DNA of 26,132 nucleotides from a virus (Duplodnaviria; Heunggongvirae; Uroviricota; Caudoviricetes): IMG/VR virus record IMGVR_UViG_2529292735_000025; one strand, 5' to 3'. Shown piece by piece: positions 8,405 to 17,535 of this stretch (position 1 is its first letter; each line of letters starts with the position of its first letter). The notes under the pieces were generated by a model. It saw only the letters and a program-made list of their open reading frames with translations, ran no database searches and was not told where the DNA came from. The position numbers and the translations under genes were made by a program.

Positions 8405-8944
8405 CTATTCGCTTTCTGAGGTAAGTTTGAGTCCTATCAATGGCTTTTTTAGTTCAAATAATTTAATTGTAGTGCCGTAAGCAAGATTTTCGGGTATTTC
8501 AAGGGAGTCAGCAATATAGTTTTTTGATTCTTTGATACTTTGCTGTAAATCTTTGACATCTACCTCAAAGGCCTGAGGCTGTTCCCCCTTTTTGTACGAA
8601 TAAACTTGGATTTTATTGGCAAGTGAAAACATGGCAAGCTTACCAATACCTTTTCTGCCCATAACTTGACGTTTTAGATGATCGCTTTTGGCTCTTCCAT
8701 GTTCCCTGCGAGCATAACCGACTTTTAGGAACTTATTAATAATGTCATCTTTAGACATGCCATGACCATCATCTTTAATGATGACCTCTCCTTTCTCAAC
8801 ATCAAGTGTAATTTCTACATTTTGAGCATCTGCATCCCATGCATTTGATATAATCTCAGTTAGTACCGCGGGAGTATTGGAATAGAGACTCATCCCTAGG
8901 TGATTTAGCACATTCAAATCAATTTTAATTTCGAAATCTGACAT
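8405..8944 (-). CDS. GHKL-superfamily ATPase domain (N-terminal segment of a frameshifted larger gene)
   Basis: Bergerat-fold motifs in order: N-box EIISNAWDA, G1 IKDDGHGM, G2 GRKGIGKLA, G3 GTTIKL. AAGGAA Shine-Dalgarno 8 nt before ATG 8944. Stops at TAG 8405-8407 just after an A6 run. Confidence 0.8.
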   Translation of the reverse strand: MSDFEIKIDLNVLNHLGMSLYSNTPAVLTEIISNAWDADAQNVEITLDVEKGEVIIKDDGHGMSKDDIINKFLKVGYARREHGRAKSDHLKRQVMGRKGIGKLAMFSLANKIQVYSYKKGEQPQAFEVDVKDLQQSIKESKNYIADSLEIPENLAYGTTIKLFELKKPLIGLKLTSESE

Positions 8945-9187
8945 ATAGTCGTTCCTTGCTGAGAGTTCATTTTAGTTTCATGCAATCAATAGGTTAGGCT
9001 GAAGATAAAACCTTAAGATAACCAAAGCAAGTGTTCATTAGCGGCTTTGTTTCATGACATGATGTGTGTCGCTTTTTGCATGAAACTGCATTTGTTTCTT
9101 ATATCTGCTCTTTTTACATACTGCTAGTGTTGACATGGCTTTGACATGGCTGTGCAACCGCATTAAAACCGCCCCATGAAGCGGGCG

Positions 9188-9206
9188 GGCGAGGCGGGGA
9201 AAGCAC
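9188..9206. other. Probable cos cohesive-end site (GGCGAGGCGGGGAAAGCAC)
   Basis: 19-nt GC-rich sequence matching my recollection of the P2 cohesive end, in the expected place between the accessory locus and portal gene Q. Confidence 0.5.
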
Positions 9207-9344
9207 TGCGCGCTGGCGGTGGTGCTGATTTATTTTTTCAGCGTCTCAGCGCGTCGTAATGGCGCTTAGTCTGCCCGTTGAGGCGTTGGTGTGTCTGCGG
9301 GGTGTTTTGTGCGGTGGTGAGCGTGTGAGGGCGTGATGACGGGG

Positions 9345-9369
9345 TGTAAAAAAGCCGCCCGCAGGCGGC
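9345..9369 (-). terminator. Rho-independent terminator after Q (stem GCCGCC/GGCGGC followed by a T-tract on the minus strand)
   Basis: Hairpin GCCGCC-CGCA-GGCGGC with an adjacent A6 run on the plus strand (T6 on the minus strand), immediately downstream of the Q stop. Confidence 0.55.
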
Positions 9370-9374
9370 GATGT

Positions 9375-10409
9375 TCAACCGTTGTCAGTGTCCAGTGAGT
9401 AGTTTTTAAAGCGGATGACCTCCTGACCGAGCCAGCCGTTTATTTCCCGAATTCTGTCCTGTAACGGGATAAGCTCATTGCGGACAAAGACCTTTGCCAC
9501 TTTCTCAATATCTCCCAGTGACCCGACGTTCTCCGGCTTGCCGCCCATCAACTGAAAGGGGATACGGTGCGCGTCCAGCAGGTCAGCGGCGCTGGCTTTT
9601 TTGATATTAAAAAAATCGTCCTTCGTTGCCACTTCACTGAGCGGGATAATTTTAATGCCGTCGGCTTTCCCCTGTGGGGCATAGAGAAACAGATTTTTAA
9701 AGTTATTGCGGCCTTTCGACTTCACCATGTTTTCGCGAAGCATTTCGATATCGTTGCGGTCCTGCACGGCATCGGTGACGTACATGATGTATCCGGCATG
9801 TGCGCCGTTTTCGTAATACTTGCGGCGGAACAGCGTGGCCGACTCATTCAGCCAGGCAGAGTTAAGGGCGCTGAGATATTCCGGCAGGCCGTACAGCTCC
9901 TGATTAATATCCGGCTCCAGCAGGTGAAACACGGAGCCGGGCGCGAAGGCTGTCGGCTCGTTGAAGGACGGCACCCACCAGTAAACATCCTCCTCCACGC
10001 CACGGCGGGTATATTTTGCCGGTGAGGTTTCCAGTCTGATGACCTTACCGGTGGTGCTGTAACGCTTTTCCAGAAACGCATTACCGAACACCAGAAAATC
10101 CAGCACAAAGCGGCTGAAATCCTGCTGGGAAAGCCACGGATGCGGGATAAATGTCGAGGCCAGAATATTGCGTTTGACGTAAATCGGCGAGCTGTGATGC
10201 ACGGCAGCACGCAGGCTTTTCGCCAGACCGGTAAAGCTGACCGGCGGCTCATACCATCTGCCGTTACTGATGCACTCGACGTAATCCAGAATGTCACGGC
10301 GGTCGAGTACCGGCACCGGCTCACCAAAGGTGAATGCCTCCATTTTCGGGGCGCTGGCGGTGATTGTTTTTGCCGCAGGTCGCGGTGTTTTCCCTTTTTT
10401 CTTACTCAT
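9375..10409 (-). CDS. Q: Portal protein, P2 gpQ-like (344 aa)
   Basis: 344 aa, same length and position as P2 Q, overlapping the terminase stop. Confidence 0.9.
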   Translation of the reverse strand: MSKKKGKTPRPAAKTITASAPKMEAFTFGEPVPVLDRRDILDYVECISNGRWYEPPVSFTGLAKSLRAAVHHSSPIYVKRNILASTFIPHPWLSQQDFSRFVLDFLVFGNAFLEKRYSTTGKVIRLETSPAKYTRRGVEEDVYWWVPSFNEPTAFAPGSVFHLLEPDINQELYGLPEYLSALNSAWLNESATLFRRKYYENGAHAGYIMYVTDAVQDRNDIEMLRENMVKSKGRNNFKNLFLYAPQGKADGIKIIPLSEVATKDDFFNIKKASAADLLDAHRIPFQLMGGKPENVGSLGDIEKVAKVFVRNELIPLQDRIREINGWLGQEVIRFKNYSLDTDNG

Positions 10410-12181
10410 CAGTAAAACTCCAGAATGGTGGATGTCAGCGGAGTGCTGATACCGGCGGTGAGTGGCTCATTTAACAGGGCGTGCATGGTCGCCCAGGCGA
10501 GGTCGGCGTGGCTGGCTTCCTCGCTGCGGCTGGCCTCATAGGTGGCGCTGCGTCCGCTGCTGGTCATGGTCTTGCGGATAGCCATGAACGAGCTGGTGAT
10601 GTCGGTGGCGCTGACGTCATATTCCAGACAGCCACGGCGGATAACGTCTTTTGCCTTGAGCACCATTGCAGTTTTCATTTCCGGCGTGTAGCGGATATCG
10701 CGCGCGGCGGGATAGAACGAGCGCACGAGCTGGAACACGCCGACACCGAGGCCGGTGGCATCAATACCGATGTATTCGACGTTATATTTTTCGGTGAGTT
10801 TGCGGATGGATTCCGCCTGGGTGGCAAAGTCCATGCCTTTCCACTGGTGACGCTCAAGTATTCTGAATTTGCCACCGGCCACCACCGGCGGTGCCAGCAC
10901 CACGCATCCGGCGCTGTCGCCACGGTGTGACGGGTCGTAACCAATCCATACCGGACGTGAGCCGAACGGATTGGCGGCAAACGGAGCATAGTCTTCCCAT
11001 TCTTCCAGCGTGTCGACCATGCAGCGTTGCAGCTCCTCGAACGGGAACACCGACGCCTTGTCGTCAACAAATTCACACATGAACAGGTTTTTAAAATCGT
11101 CGGCGCTGTTTTCACGTTTGAGTTGCTCAATGTCGAACAGCGTGCAGCCGCCTTTCAGGGCGTCCTCAATGGTGACAATCTGCCGCCACTGGCCGTCCGC
11201 ACAGAGAAGCCCACCGGCAAGGGCGTTATGACTGACGTCGATTTCCACGCGTTCGGCGGCGCTGGCGCGTCCCCGGTTAAACAGTTCACCCGACCAGAAC
11301 GGGTAGGCGTCGTGCGCCAGCGTGGACGGGGTGGAGAAATAGGTCGAGCGCAGGTGACTCTGTGAGGCCATACCTGATGCCACCTTACGCAGTACCTGAA
11401 AATTCGGGATCCAGAAAATCTCGTCGACGTACAGGTCGCCGTTATGGCTCTGCGCGGTGTTGGAGTTGGTGCCGAGAAAAATCAGTTTTGCGCCGTTATT
11501 GCCCAGGACAATCGGGTCACCGGTCAGGTCAACGTCAACCAGACGGGCAAAGGCGATGATGTATTCGCGGAACACATACGCCTGCGTTTTACTGGCCGAC
11601 AGAAAAATCTGGTTATGGCCGGTTTTCAGGGCGCGCAGCAGCGCCTCGCGGGAAAAATAAAACGTCGCGCCAATCTGGCGGGATTTCAGGATATCGCGGA
11701 TGCGGTGCTCAAGCCCGGCGCGATACCAGTGCAACTGATAGTCGAAAGACTGCTCAAAGAAAATCTGCTCCAGCTTTTCGATGGCCTCGTCACTGAAAAA
11801 ATTCTTTTTCGGTTTGCGACGCCCGCCTTTGTTGCGGTTAGCGACGTTCGGATTAAGGTCTGCCTCGTTGCCGGTCTGACTGTAGCGGTTTACCCGTGCC
11901 AGTCGTTCAATCTGGCGTCCCAGCAGGTCAATTTCCTTGAAGTCACCGCCGGTTTTCTGCGGTTTGATGATGAGCTGGGTCAGCCGCGCTTCCAGACTCA
12001 TTTCGACACGGCTGATGGGGGCAACGCTGTCCCAGCCGTCGCGCTGTTTCCAGCTCTGCACCGTCGGGCGTTTCATCTGCAACATGGCGGCAATCTGCGG
12101 CACGGAAAACCCCTGCCAGTACAGCAGCGCCGCCTGACGACGCGGGTCGTGTAAAAGAGTGGTGTCTGTGGTGATGGTCAT
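10409..12181 (-). CDS. P: Terminase large (ATPase) subunit, P2 gpP-like
   Basis: 590 aa from ATG 12181 (GAGG Shine-Dalgarno upstream; MTITTDTTLL), divergent from O as in P2. Confidence 0.9.
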   Translation of the reverse strand: MTITTDTTLLHDPRRQAALLYWQGFSVPQIAAMLQMKRPTVQSWKQRDGWDSVAPISRVEMSLEARLTQLIIKPQKTGGDFKEIDLLGRQIERLARVNRYSQTGNEADLNPNVANRNKGGRRKPKKNFFSDEAIEKLEQIFFEQSFDYQLHWYRAGLEHRIRDILKSRQIGATFYFSREALLRALKTGHNQIFLSASKTQAYVFREYIIAFARLVDVDLTGDPIVLGNNGAKLIFLGTNSNTAQSHNGDLYVDEIFWIPNFQVLRKVASGMASQSHLRSTYFSTPSTLAHDAYPFWSGELFNRGRASAAERVEIDVSHNALAGGLLCADGQWRQIVTIEDALKGGCTLFDIEQLKRENSADDFKNLFMCEFVDDKASVFPFEELQRCMVDTLEEWEDYAPFAANPFGSRPVWIGYDPSHRGDSAGCVVLAPPVVAGGKFRILERHQWKGMDFATQAESIRKLTEKYNVEYIGIDATGLGVGVFQLVRSFYPAARDIRYTPEMKTAMVLKAKDVIRRGCLEYDVSATDITSSFMAIRKTMTSSGRSATYEASRSEEASHADLAWATMHALLNEPLTAGISTPLTSTILEFY

Positions 12182-12354
12182 GAATACCTCGCCGTGATGA
12201 ATACACGGCAAGGCTACTGAGTCGCGCCCCGCGATTCGCTAAGGTGCTGTTGTGTCAGTGATAAGCCATCCGGGACTGATGGCGGAGGATGCGTATCGTC
12301 GGGAAACTGATGCCGACATGTGACTCCTCTAATCACTATTCAGGACTCCTGACA

Positions 12355-13209
12355 ATGGCAAAAAAAGTCTCAAAATTCTTTCGTATCGGCGTTGAGGGTG
12401 ACACCTGTGACGGGCGTGTCATCAGTGCGCAGGATATTCAGGAAATGGCCGAAACCTTTGACCCGCGTGTCTATGGTTGCCGCATTAACCTGGAACATCT
12501 GCGCGGCATCCTGCCTGACGGTATTTTTAAACGTTATGGCGATGTGGCCGAACTGAAGGCCGAAAAGATTGACGATGATTCGGCGCTGAAAGGCAAATGG
12601 GCGCTGTTTGCGAAAATCACCCCGACCGATGACCTTATCGCGATGAACAAGGCCGCGCAGAAGGTCTACACCTCAATGGAAATTCAGCCGAACTTTGCCA
12701 ACACCGGCAAATGTTATCTGGTGGGTCTGGCCGTCACCGATGACCCGGCAAGCCTCGGTACGGAATACCTGGAATTCTGCCGCACGGCAAAACACAACCC
12801 TCTGAACCGCTTCAAATTAAGCCCTGAAAACCTGATTTCAGTGGCAACGCCCGTTGAGCTGGAATTTGAAGACCTGCCTGAAACCGTGTTCACCGCCCTG
12901 ACCGAAAAGGTGAAATCCATTTTTGGCCGCAAACAGGCCAGCGATGACGCCCGTCTGAATGACGTGCATGAAGCGGTGACCGCTGTCGCTGAACATGTGC
13001 AGGAAAAACTGAGCGCCACTGAGCAGCGCCTCGCTGAGATGGAAACTGCCTTTTCCGCACTTAAGCAGGATGTGACTGACAGGGCGGATGAAACCAGTCA
13101 GGCATTCACCCGCCTGAAAAACAGTCTCGACCACACCGAAAGTCTGACCCAGCAGCGCCGCAGCAAGGCCACCGGCGGTGGCGGTGACGCCCTGATGACG
13201 AACTGCTGA
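12355..13209 (+). CDS. O: Capsid scaffolding protein, P2 gpO-like
   Basis: 284 aa from ATG 12355; the coiled-coil-like C-terminus and position before the major capsid gene are P2-like. Confidence 0.8.
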   Translation: MAKKVSKFFRIGVEGDTCDGRVISAQDIQEMAETFDPRVYGCRINLEHLRGILPDGIFKRYGDVAELKAEKIDDDSALKGKWALFAKITPTDDLIAMNKAAQKVYTSMEIQPNFANTGKCYLVGLAVTDDPASLGTEYLEFCRTAKHNPLNRFKLSPENLISVATPVELEFEDLPETVFTALTEKVKSIFGRKQASDDARLNDVHEAVTAVAEHVQEKLSATEQRLAEMETAFSALKQDVTDRADETSQAFTRLKNSLDHTESLTQQRRSKATGGGGDALMTNC

Positions 13210-13267
13210 CCGGCGTCAGTCAGTCCGGGAAAACCTTCACGATTAACCCTTAATTTCAGGAAAAACT

Positions 13268-14341
13268 ATGCGCCAGGAAACCCGCTTTAAATTTAATGCC
13301 TACCTGTCCCGTGTTGCCGAGCTGAACGGCATCGACGCCGGTGATGTGTCGAAAAAATTCACCGTTGAACCGTCGGTCACTCAGACCCTGATGAACACCA
13401 TGCAGGAGTCCTCTGACTTTCTGACCCGCATCAATATTGTGCCGGTCAGCGAAATGAAAGGGGAAAAAATTGGTATTGGTGTCACCGGCTCCATTGCCAG
13501 CACCACCGACACCGCCGGTGGCACCGAGCGTCAGCCGAAGGACTTCTCGAAGCTGGCGTCAAACAAGTACGAATGCGACCAGATTAATTTCGATTTTTAT
13601 ATCCGCTACAAAACGCTGGACCTGTGGGCGCGTTATCAGGATTTCCAGCTCCGTGTCCGTAACGCCATTATCAAACGCCAGTCCCTTGATTTCATCATGG
13701 CCGGTTTTAACGGCGTGAGGCGTGCCGAAACCTCTGACCGCAGCAGCAATCCGATGCTGCAGGATGTGGCGGTCGGCTGGCTGCAGAAATACCGCAATGA
13801 AGCCCCGGCGCGCGTGATGAGCAAGGTTACTGACGAGGAAGGTCACACGACCTCTGAGGTCATCCGCGTGGGCAAGGGCGGTGATTATGCCAGCCTTGAC
13901 GCACTGGTGATGGATGCGACCAACAACCTGATTGAGCCGTGGTATCAGGAAGACCCTGACCTTGTGGTGATTGTGGGTCGCCAGCTACTGGCGGACAAGT
14001 ATTTCCCCATCGTCAACAGGGAGCAGGACAACAGCGAAATGCTGGCCGCTGACGTCATCATCAGCCAGAAACGCATCGGTAACCTGCCGGCGGTGCGCGT
14101 CCCGTACTTCCCGGCGGATGCGATGCTCATCACGAAGCTGGAAAACCTGTCCATCTACTACATGGATGACAGCCATCGCCGCGTAATTGTGGAAAACCCG
14201 AAACTCGACCGCGTGGAGAACTACGAGTCAATGAACATTGATTACGTGGTGGAAGACTACGCCGCCGGTTGTCTGGTGGAAAAAATTAAGGTCGGTGATT
14301 TCTCCACACCGGCTAAAGCGACCGCAGAGCCGGGAGCGTAA
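13268..14341 (+). CDS. N: Major capsid protein, P2 gpN-like (357 aa)
   Basis: Length and gene order match P2 N. Confidence 0.9.
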   Translation: MRQETRFKFNAYLSRVAELNGIDAGDVSKKFTVEPSVTQTLMNTMQESSDFLTRINIVPVSEMKGEKIGIGVTGSIASTTDTAGGTERQPKDFSKLASNKYECDQINFDFYIRYKTLDLWARYQDFQLRVRNAIIKRQSLDFIMAGFNGVRRAETSDRSSNPMLQDVAVGWLQKYRNEAPARVMSKVTDEEGHTTSEVIRVGKGGDYASLDALVMDATNNLIEPWYQEDPDLVVIVGRQLLADKYFPIVNREQDNSEMLAADVIISQKRIGNLPAVRVPYFPADAMLITKLENLSIYYMDDSHRRVIVENPKLDRVENYESMNIDYVVEDYAAGCLVEKIKVGDFSTPAKATAEPGA

Positions 14342-14344
14342 CCG

Positions 14345-15088
14345 ATGACGAGTCCCGCACAGCGCCACATGATGCGAGTCTCGGCAGCGATGACCGCGCA
14401 GCGGGAAGCCGCCCCGCTGCGACATGCAACTGTCTATGAGCAGATGCTGGTCAAGCTGGCCGCAGACCAGCGCACACTGAAAGCGATTTATTCAAAAGAG
14501 CTGAAGGCCGCAAAAAAACGCGAACTGCTGCCGTTCTGGTTGCCGTGGGTGAACGGCGTGCTGGAGCAGGGCAAAGGTGCACAGGATGACATTCTGATGA
14601 CGGTCATGCTGTGGCGTCTGGATACCGGCGATATTGCCGGTGCGCTGGAGATTGCCCGTTATGCCCTGAAGTACGGGCTGACCATGCCGGGTAAACACCG
14701 CCGCACCCCGCCGTACATGTTCACCGAGGAGGTGGCGCTTGCGGCCATGCGCGCTCACGCTGCCGGTGAATCCGTGGATATCCGACTGCTGACGGACACC
14801 CTTGAACTGACCGCTGCTGCTGACATGCCTGATGAAGTGCGCGCAAAGCTGCACAAAATCACCGGTCTGTTTCTGCGTGACGGTGGTGATGCCGCCGGTG
14901 CGCTGGCGCACCTGCAACGTGCGACACAGCTCGACTGTCAGGCAGGCGTCAAAAAAGAGATTGAACGACTGGAGCGGGAGCTGAAACCGAAGCCGGAGCC
15001 GCAGCCAAAAGCGGCCACCCGTACCCCGCGTAAGACCCGGAGCGTGACACCGGCAAAACGTGGACGCCCGAAAAAGAAAGCCAGTTAA
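14345..15088 (+). CDS. M: Terminase small (endonuclease) subunit, P2 gpM-like (247 aa)
   Basis: Length and order match P2 M; basic C-terminal tail. Confidence 0.8.
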   Translation: MTSPAQRHMMRVSAAMTAQREAAPLRHATVYEQMLVKLAADQRTLKAIYSKELKAAKKRELLPFWLPWVNGVLEQGKGAQDDILMTVMLWRLDTGDIAGALEIARYALKYGLTMPGKHRRTPPYMFTEEVALAAMRAHAAGESVDIRLLTDTLELTAAADMPDEVRAKLHKITGLFLRDGGDAAGALAHLQRATQLDCQAGVKKEIERLERELKPKPEPQPKAATRTPRKTRSVTPAKRGRPKKKAS

Positions 15089-15187
15089 CAACCGAATGCG
15101 CCCCGCGCCAGGGCGGCACGCCGGTCAGTGAGGGTGAATCACCTGACACTGCACCGGCGTCCACCGCCCGACTTTTCAGAGGTAGTC

Positions 15188-15697
15188 ATGATGACGCTGA
15201 TTATTCCGCGAAAGGAGGCTCCCGTGTCCGGTGAGGGTACGGTGGTCATCCCGCAACCGGCAGGCGACGAGCCGGTGATTAAAAACACGTTCTTTTTTCC
15301 CGATATCGACCCGAAGCGCGTCCGGGAACGTATGCGCCTTGAGCAGACCGTCGCCCCCGCCCGTCTGCGTGAGGCCATCAAGTCAGGCATGGCGGAGACG
15401 AATGCGGAGCTGTACGAGTACCGCGAACAGAAAATTGCCGCCGGTTTTACGCGTCTGGCGGACGTCCCGGCGGACGACATCGACGGTGAAAGCATCAAAG
15501 TTTTTTACTACGAGCGCGCCGTGTGTGCGATGGCGACCGCGTCGCTTTATGAGCGTTATCGCGGCGTGGATGCCAGTGCGAAAGGCGACAAGAAGGCTGA
15601 CAGCATTGACAGCACCATTGATGAACTGTGGCGGGATATGCGCTGGGCGGTGGCGCGTATCCAGGACAAGCCGCGCTGCATCGTGAGTCAAATCTGA
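15188..15697 (+). CDS. L: Head completion/stabilisation protein, P2 gpL-like
   Basis: 169 aa from ATG 15188; stop overlaps the X start (ATGA). Confidence 0.8.
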   Translation: MMTLIIPRKEAPVSGEGTVVIPQPAGDEPVIKNTFFFPDIDPKRVRERMRLEQTVAPARLREAIKSGMAETNAELYEYREQKIAAGFTRLADVPADDIDGESIKVFYYERAVCAMATASLYERYRGVDASAKGDKKADSIDSTIDELWRDMRWAVARIQDKPRCIVSQI

Positions 15698-15900
15698 TGA
15701 AGACCTTTGCGCTACAGGGCGACACGCTCGACGCCATTTGTGTCCGGTATTACGGGCGCACTGAGGGCGTGGTCGAAGCCGTTCTCGCCGCAAATCCGGG
15801 ACTGGCTGAACTGGGTGCGGTGCTGCCACACGGCACCGCCGTCGAACTGCCCGACGTTCAGACCGCGCCCGTGGCTGAAACTGTCAATCTGTGGGAGTAA
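15697..15900 (+). CDS. X: Tail protein X (67 aa)
   Basis: 67 aa, same as P2 gpX, translationally coupled to L. Confidence 0.7.
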   Translation: MKTFALQGDTLDAICVRYYGRTEGVVEAVLAANPGLAELGAVLPHGTAVELPDVQTAPVAETVNLWE

Positions 15901-15903
15901 CGC

Positions 15904-16185
15904 ATGACAGCAGAAGAAAAAAGCGTCCTGTCGCTTTTCATGATTGGGGTGCTGATTGTTGTCGGCAAGGTGCTTGCCGGTGGTGAACCCATCACCCCGC
16001 GTCTGTTTATCGGGCGCATGTTGCTCGGTGGTTTTGTCTCGATGGTTGCCGGTGTTGTTCTGGTGCAGTTTCCTGACCTGTCACTGCCTGCGGTGTGCGG
16101 TATCGGCTCCATGCTGGGTATCGCCGGTTATCAGGTGATTGAGATTGCCATTCAGCGCCGCTTTAAGGGCAGGGGGAAACCGTAA
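15904..16185 (+). CDS. Y: Holin, P2 gpY-like (93 aa)
   Basis: Small protein with hydrophobic transmembrane stretches and a charged C-terminus, directly preceding the endolysin. Confidence 0.8.
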   Translation: MTAEEKSVLSLFMIGVLIVVGKVLAGGEPITPRLFIGRMLLGGFVSMVAGVVLVQFPDLSLPAVCGIGSMLGIAGYQVIEIAIQRRFKGRGKP

Positions 16186-16682
16186 TGCCGGTTATTAACA
16201 CGCATCAGAATATCGCCGCCTTTCTCGACATGCTGGCCGAGTCCGAAGGGACGGCAAACCATCCGCTGACGAAAAACCGGGGCTATGACGTGATAGTCAC
16301 CGGACTGGACGGGAAGCCGGAAATTTTCACCGACTACAGTGACCACCCGTTCGCACATGGCCGACCGGCGAAGGTGTTTAACCGTCGCGGTGAAAAATCC
16401 ACGGCCTCCGGTCGCTATCAGCAGCTTTACCTGTTCTGGCCGCATTACCGCAAACAGCTTGCCCTGCCGGATTTCAGTCCGTTGTCACAGGACAGACTTG
16501 CCATTCAGTTGATCCGCGAACGCGGTGCACTGGATGACATCCGGGCGGGACGCATTGAGCGCGCCATTTCACGCTGTCGCAATATCTGGGCGTCCCTGCC
16601 GGGAGCCGGTTACGGTCAGCGTGAGCATTCACTGGAAAAACTGGTCACCGTCTGGCGTACCGCTGGCGGCGTACCGGCTTAA
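16185..16682 (+). CDS. K: Endolysin (lysozyme), P2 gpK-like (165 aa)
   Basis: Length and position of P2 K; start overlaps the holin stop. Confidence 0.85.
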   Translation: MPVINTHQNIAAFLDMLAESEGTANHPLTKNRGYDVIVTGLDGKPEIFTDYSDHPFAHGRPAKVFNRRGEKSTASGRYQQLYLFWPHYRKQLALPDFSPLSQDRLAIQLIRERGALDDIRAGRIERAISRCRNIWASLPGAGYGQREHSLEKLVTVWRTAGGVPA

Positions 16683-16696
16683 ACGGAGTAAACACC

Positions 16697-17122
16697 ATGA
16701 AGAAATTATCCCTTTCACTGATGCTGAACGTGTCGCTGGCGCTGATGCTGGCACTGTCACTGATTTACCCGCAGAGCGTGGCCGTCAATTTTGTCGCTGC
16801 CTGGGCGATTCTGGCGACGGTTATCTGTGTGGTTGCCGGTGGTGTCGGCGTGTATGCCACTGAGTATGTGCTGGAACGCTACGGGCGGGAGCTGCCGCCG
16901 GAATCGCTGGCCGTGAAGATTGTCACGGCGCTGTTTTTGCAGCCGGTGCCGTGGCGCAGACGGGCGGCGGCTCTGGTGGTGATGGTGGCGACGTTTATCG
17001 CGCTGGTCGCTGCCGGGTGGATTTTTACCGTGCTGATTTATCTCGTGGCGTCGCTGTTTTTCCGGCTGATACGCACGGCCTGTCGTCAGCGTTTTGAGGG
17101 GCGGGAACCATGTCAAAGCTGA
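16697..17122 (+). CDS. lysA: Lysis regulatory membrane protein LysA-like (141 aa)
   Basis: Strongly hydrophobic multi-transmembrane protein after the endolysin, as in P2. Confidence 0.7.
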   Translation: MKKLSLSLMLNVSLALMLALSLIYPQSVAVNFVAAWAILATVICVVAGGVGVYATEYVLERYGRELPPESLAVKIVTALFLQPVPWRRRAAALVVMVATFIALVAAGWIFTVLIYLVASLFFRLIRTACRQRFEGREPCQS

Positions 17123-17535
17123 TGATTGTGCTGGTTGTGTTGTTATCACTGGCGGTGGCCGGTCTGTTTCTGGCGAAGCATGAAAACGCCAGCCTGCGCA
17201 CCTCGCTGGACAGGGCGAACAACGTCGCCAACGGGCAGCAGACGACCATCACCATGCTGAAAAATCAGCTTCATGTTGCCCTCACCAGAGCAGACAAAAA
17301 CGAGCTGGCGCAGGTGGCACTGCGTCAGGAACTGGAGAACGCGGCGAAGCGTGAAGCACAGCGCGAGAAAACCATCACGAGGTTACTGAATGAAAACGAA
17401 GATTTTCGCCGCTGGTACGGCGCTGGCCTGCCTGATGCTGTGCGCCGGTTGCACCAGCGCCCGGCCTGCACCGACGCCAGTGATTGTCGCCAACGCCTGC
17501 CCGAAAGTGAGCCTTTGCCCGATGCCGGGCAGTGA
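17110..17535 (+). CDS. lysB: Spanin inner-membrane subunit (Rz-like), LysB
   Basis: N-terminal transmembrane helix followed by a charged coiled-coil region; the outer-membrane spanin gene is embedded in the +1 frame. Confidence 0.7.
   Translation: MSKLMIVLVVLLSLAVAGLFLAKHENASLRTSLDRANNVANGQQTTITMLKNQLHVALTRADKNELAQVALRQELENAAKREAQREKTITRLLNENEDFRRWYGAGLPDAVRRLHQRPACTDASDCRQRLPESEPLPDAGQ

Noticed and set aside
8119-8424. 101-aa plus-strand ORF
   Set aside because: Lies antisense across the frameshift junction of the ATPase gene, whose own frames explain the open reading.
11444-12154. 236-aa plus-strand ORF plus several other ORFs inside 9567-12206
   Set aside because: All lie inside or antisense to the portal and terminase genes; open frames are expected by chance in GC-rich DNA.
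14492-15091. 199-aa minus-strand ORF
   Set aside because: Antisense to terminase small-subunit gene M, which has the P2-like length and position.
15095-15130. GC-rich imperfect dyad after M as a possible terminator
   Set aside because: Stem is imperfect with no T-tract, and M-L are co-transcribed in P2-like phages.
15139-15829. Several overlapping ORFs on both strands (119, 115, 148, 80 aa)
   Set aside because: Overlap L and X, which fit P2 synteny and translational coupling.
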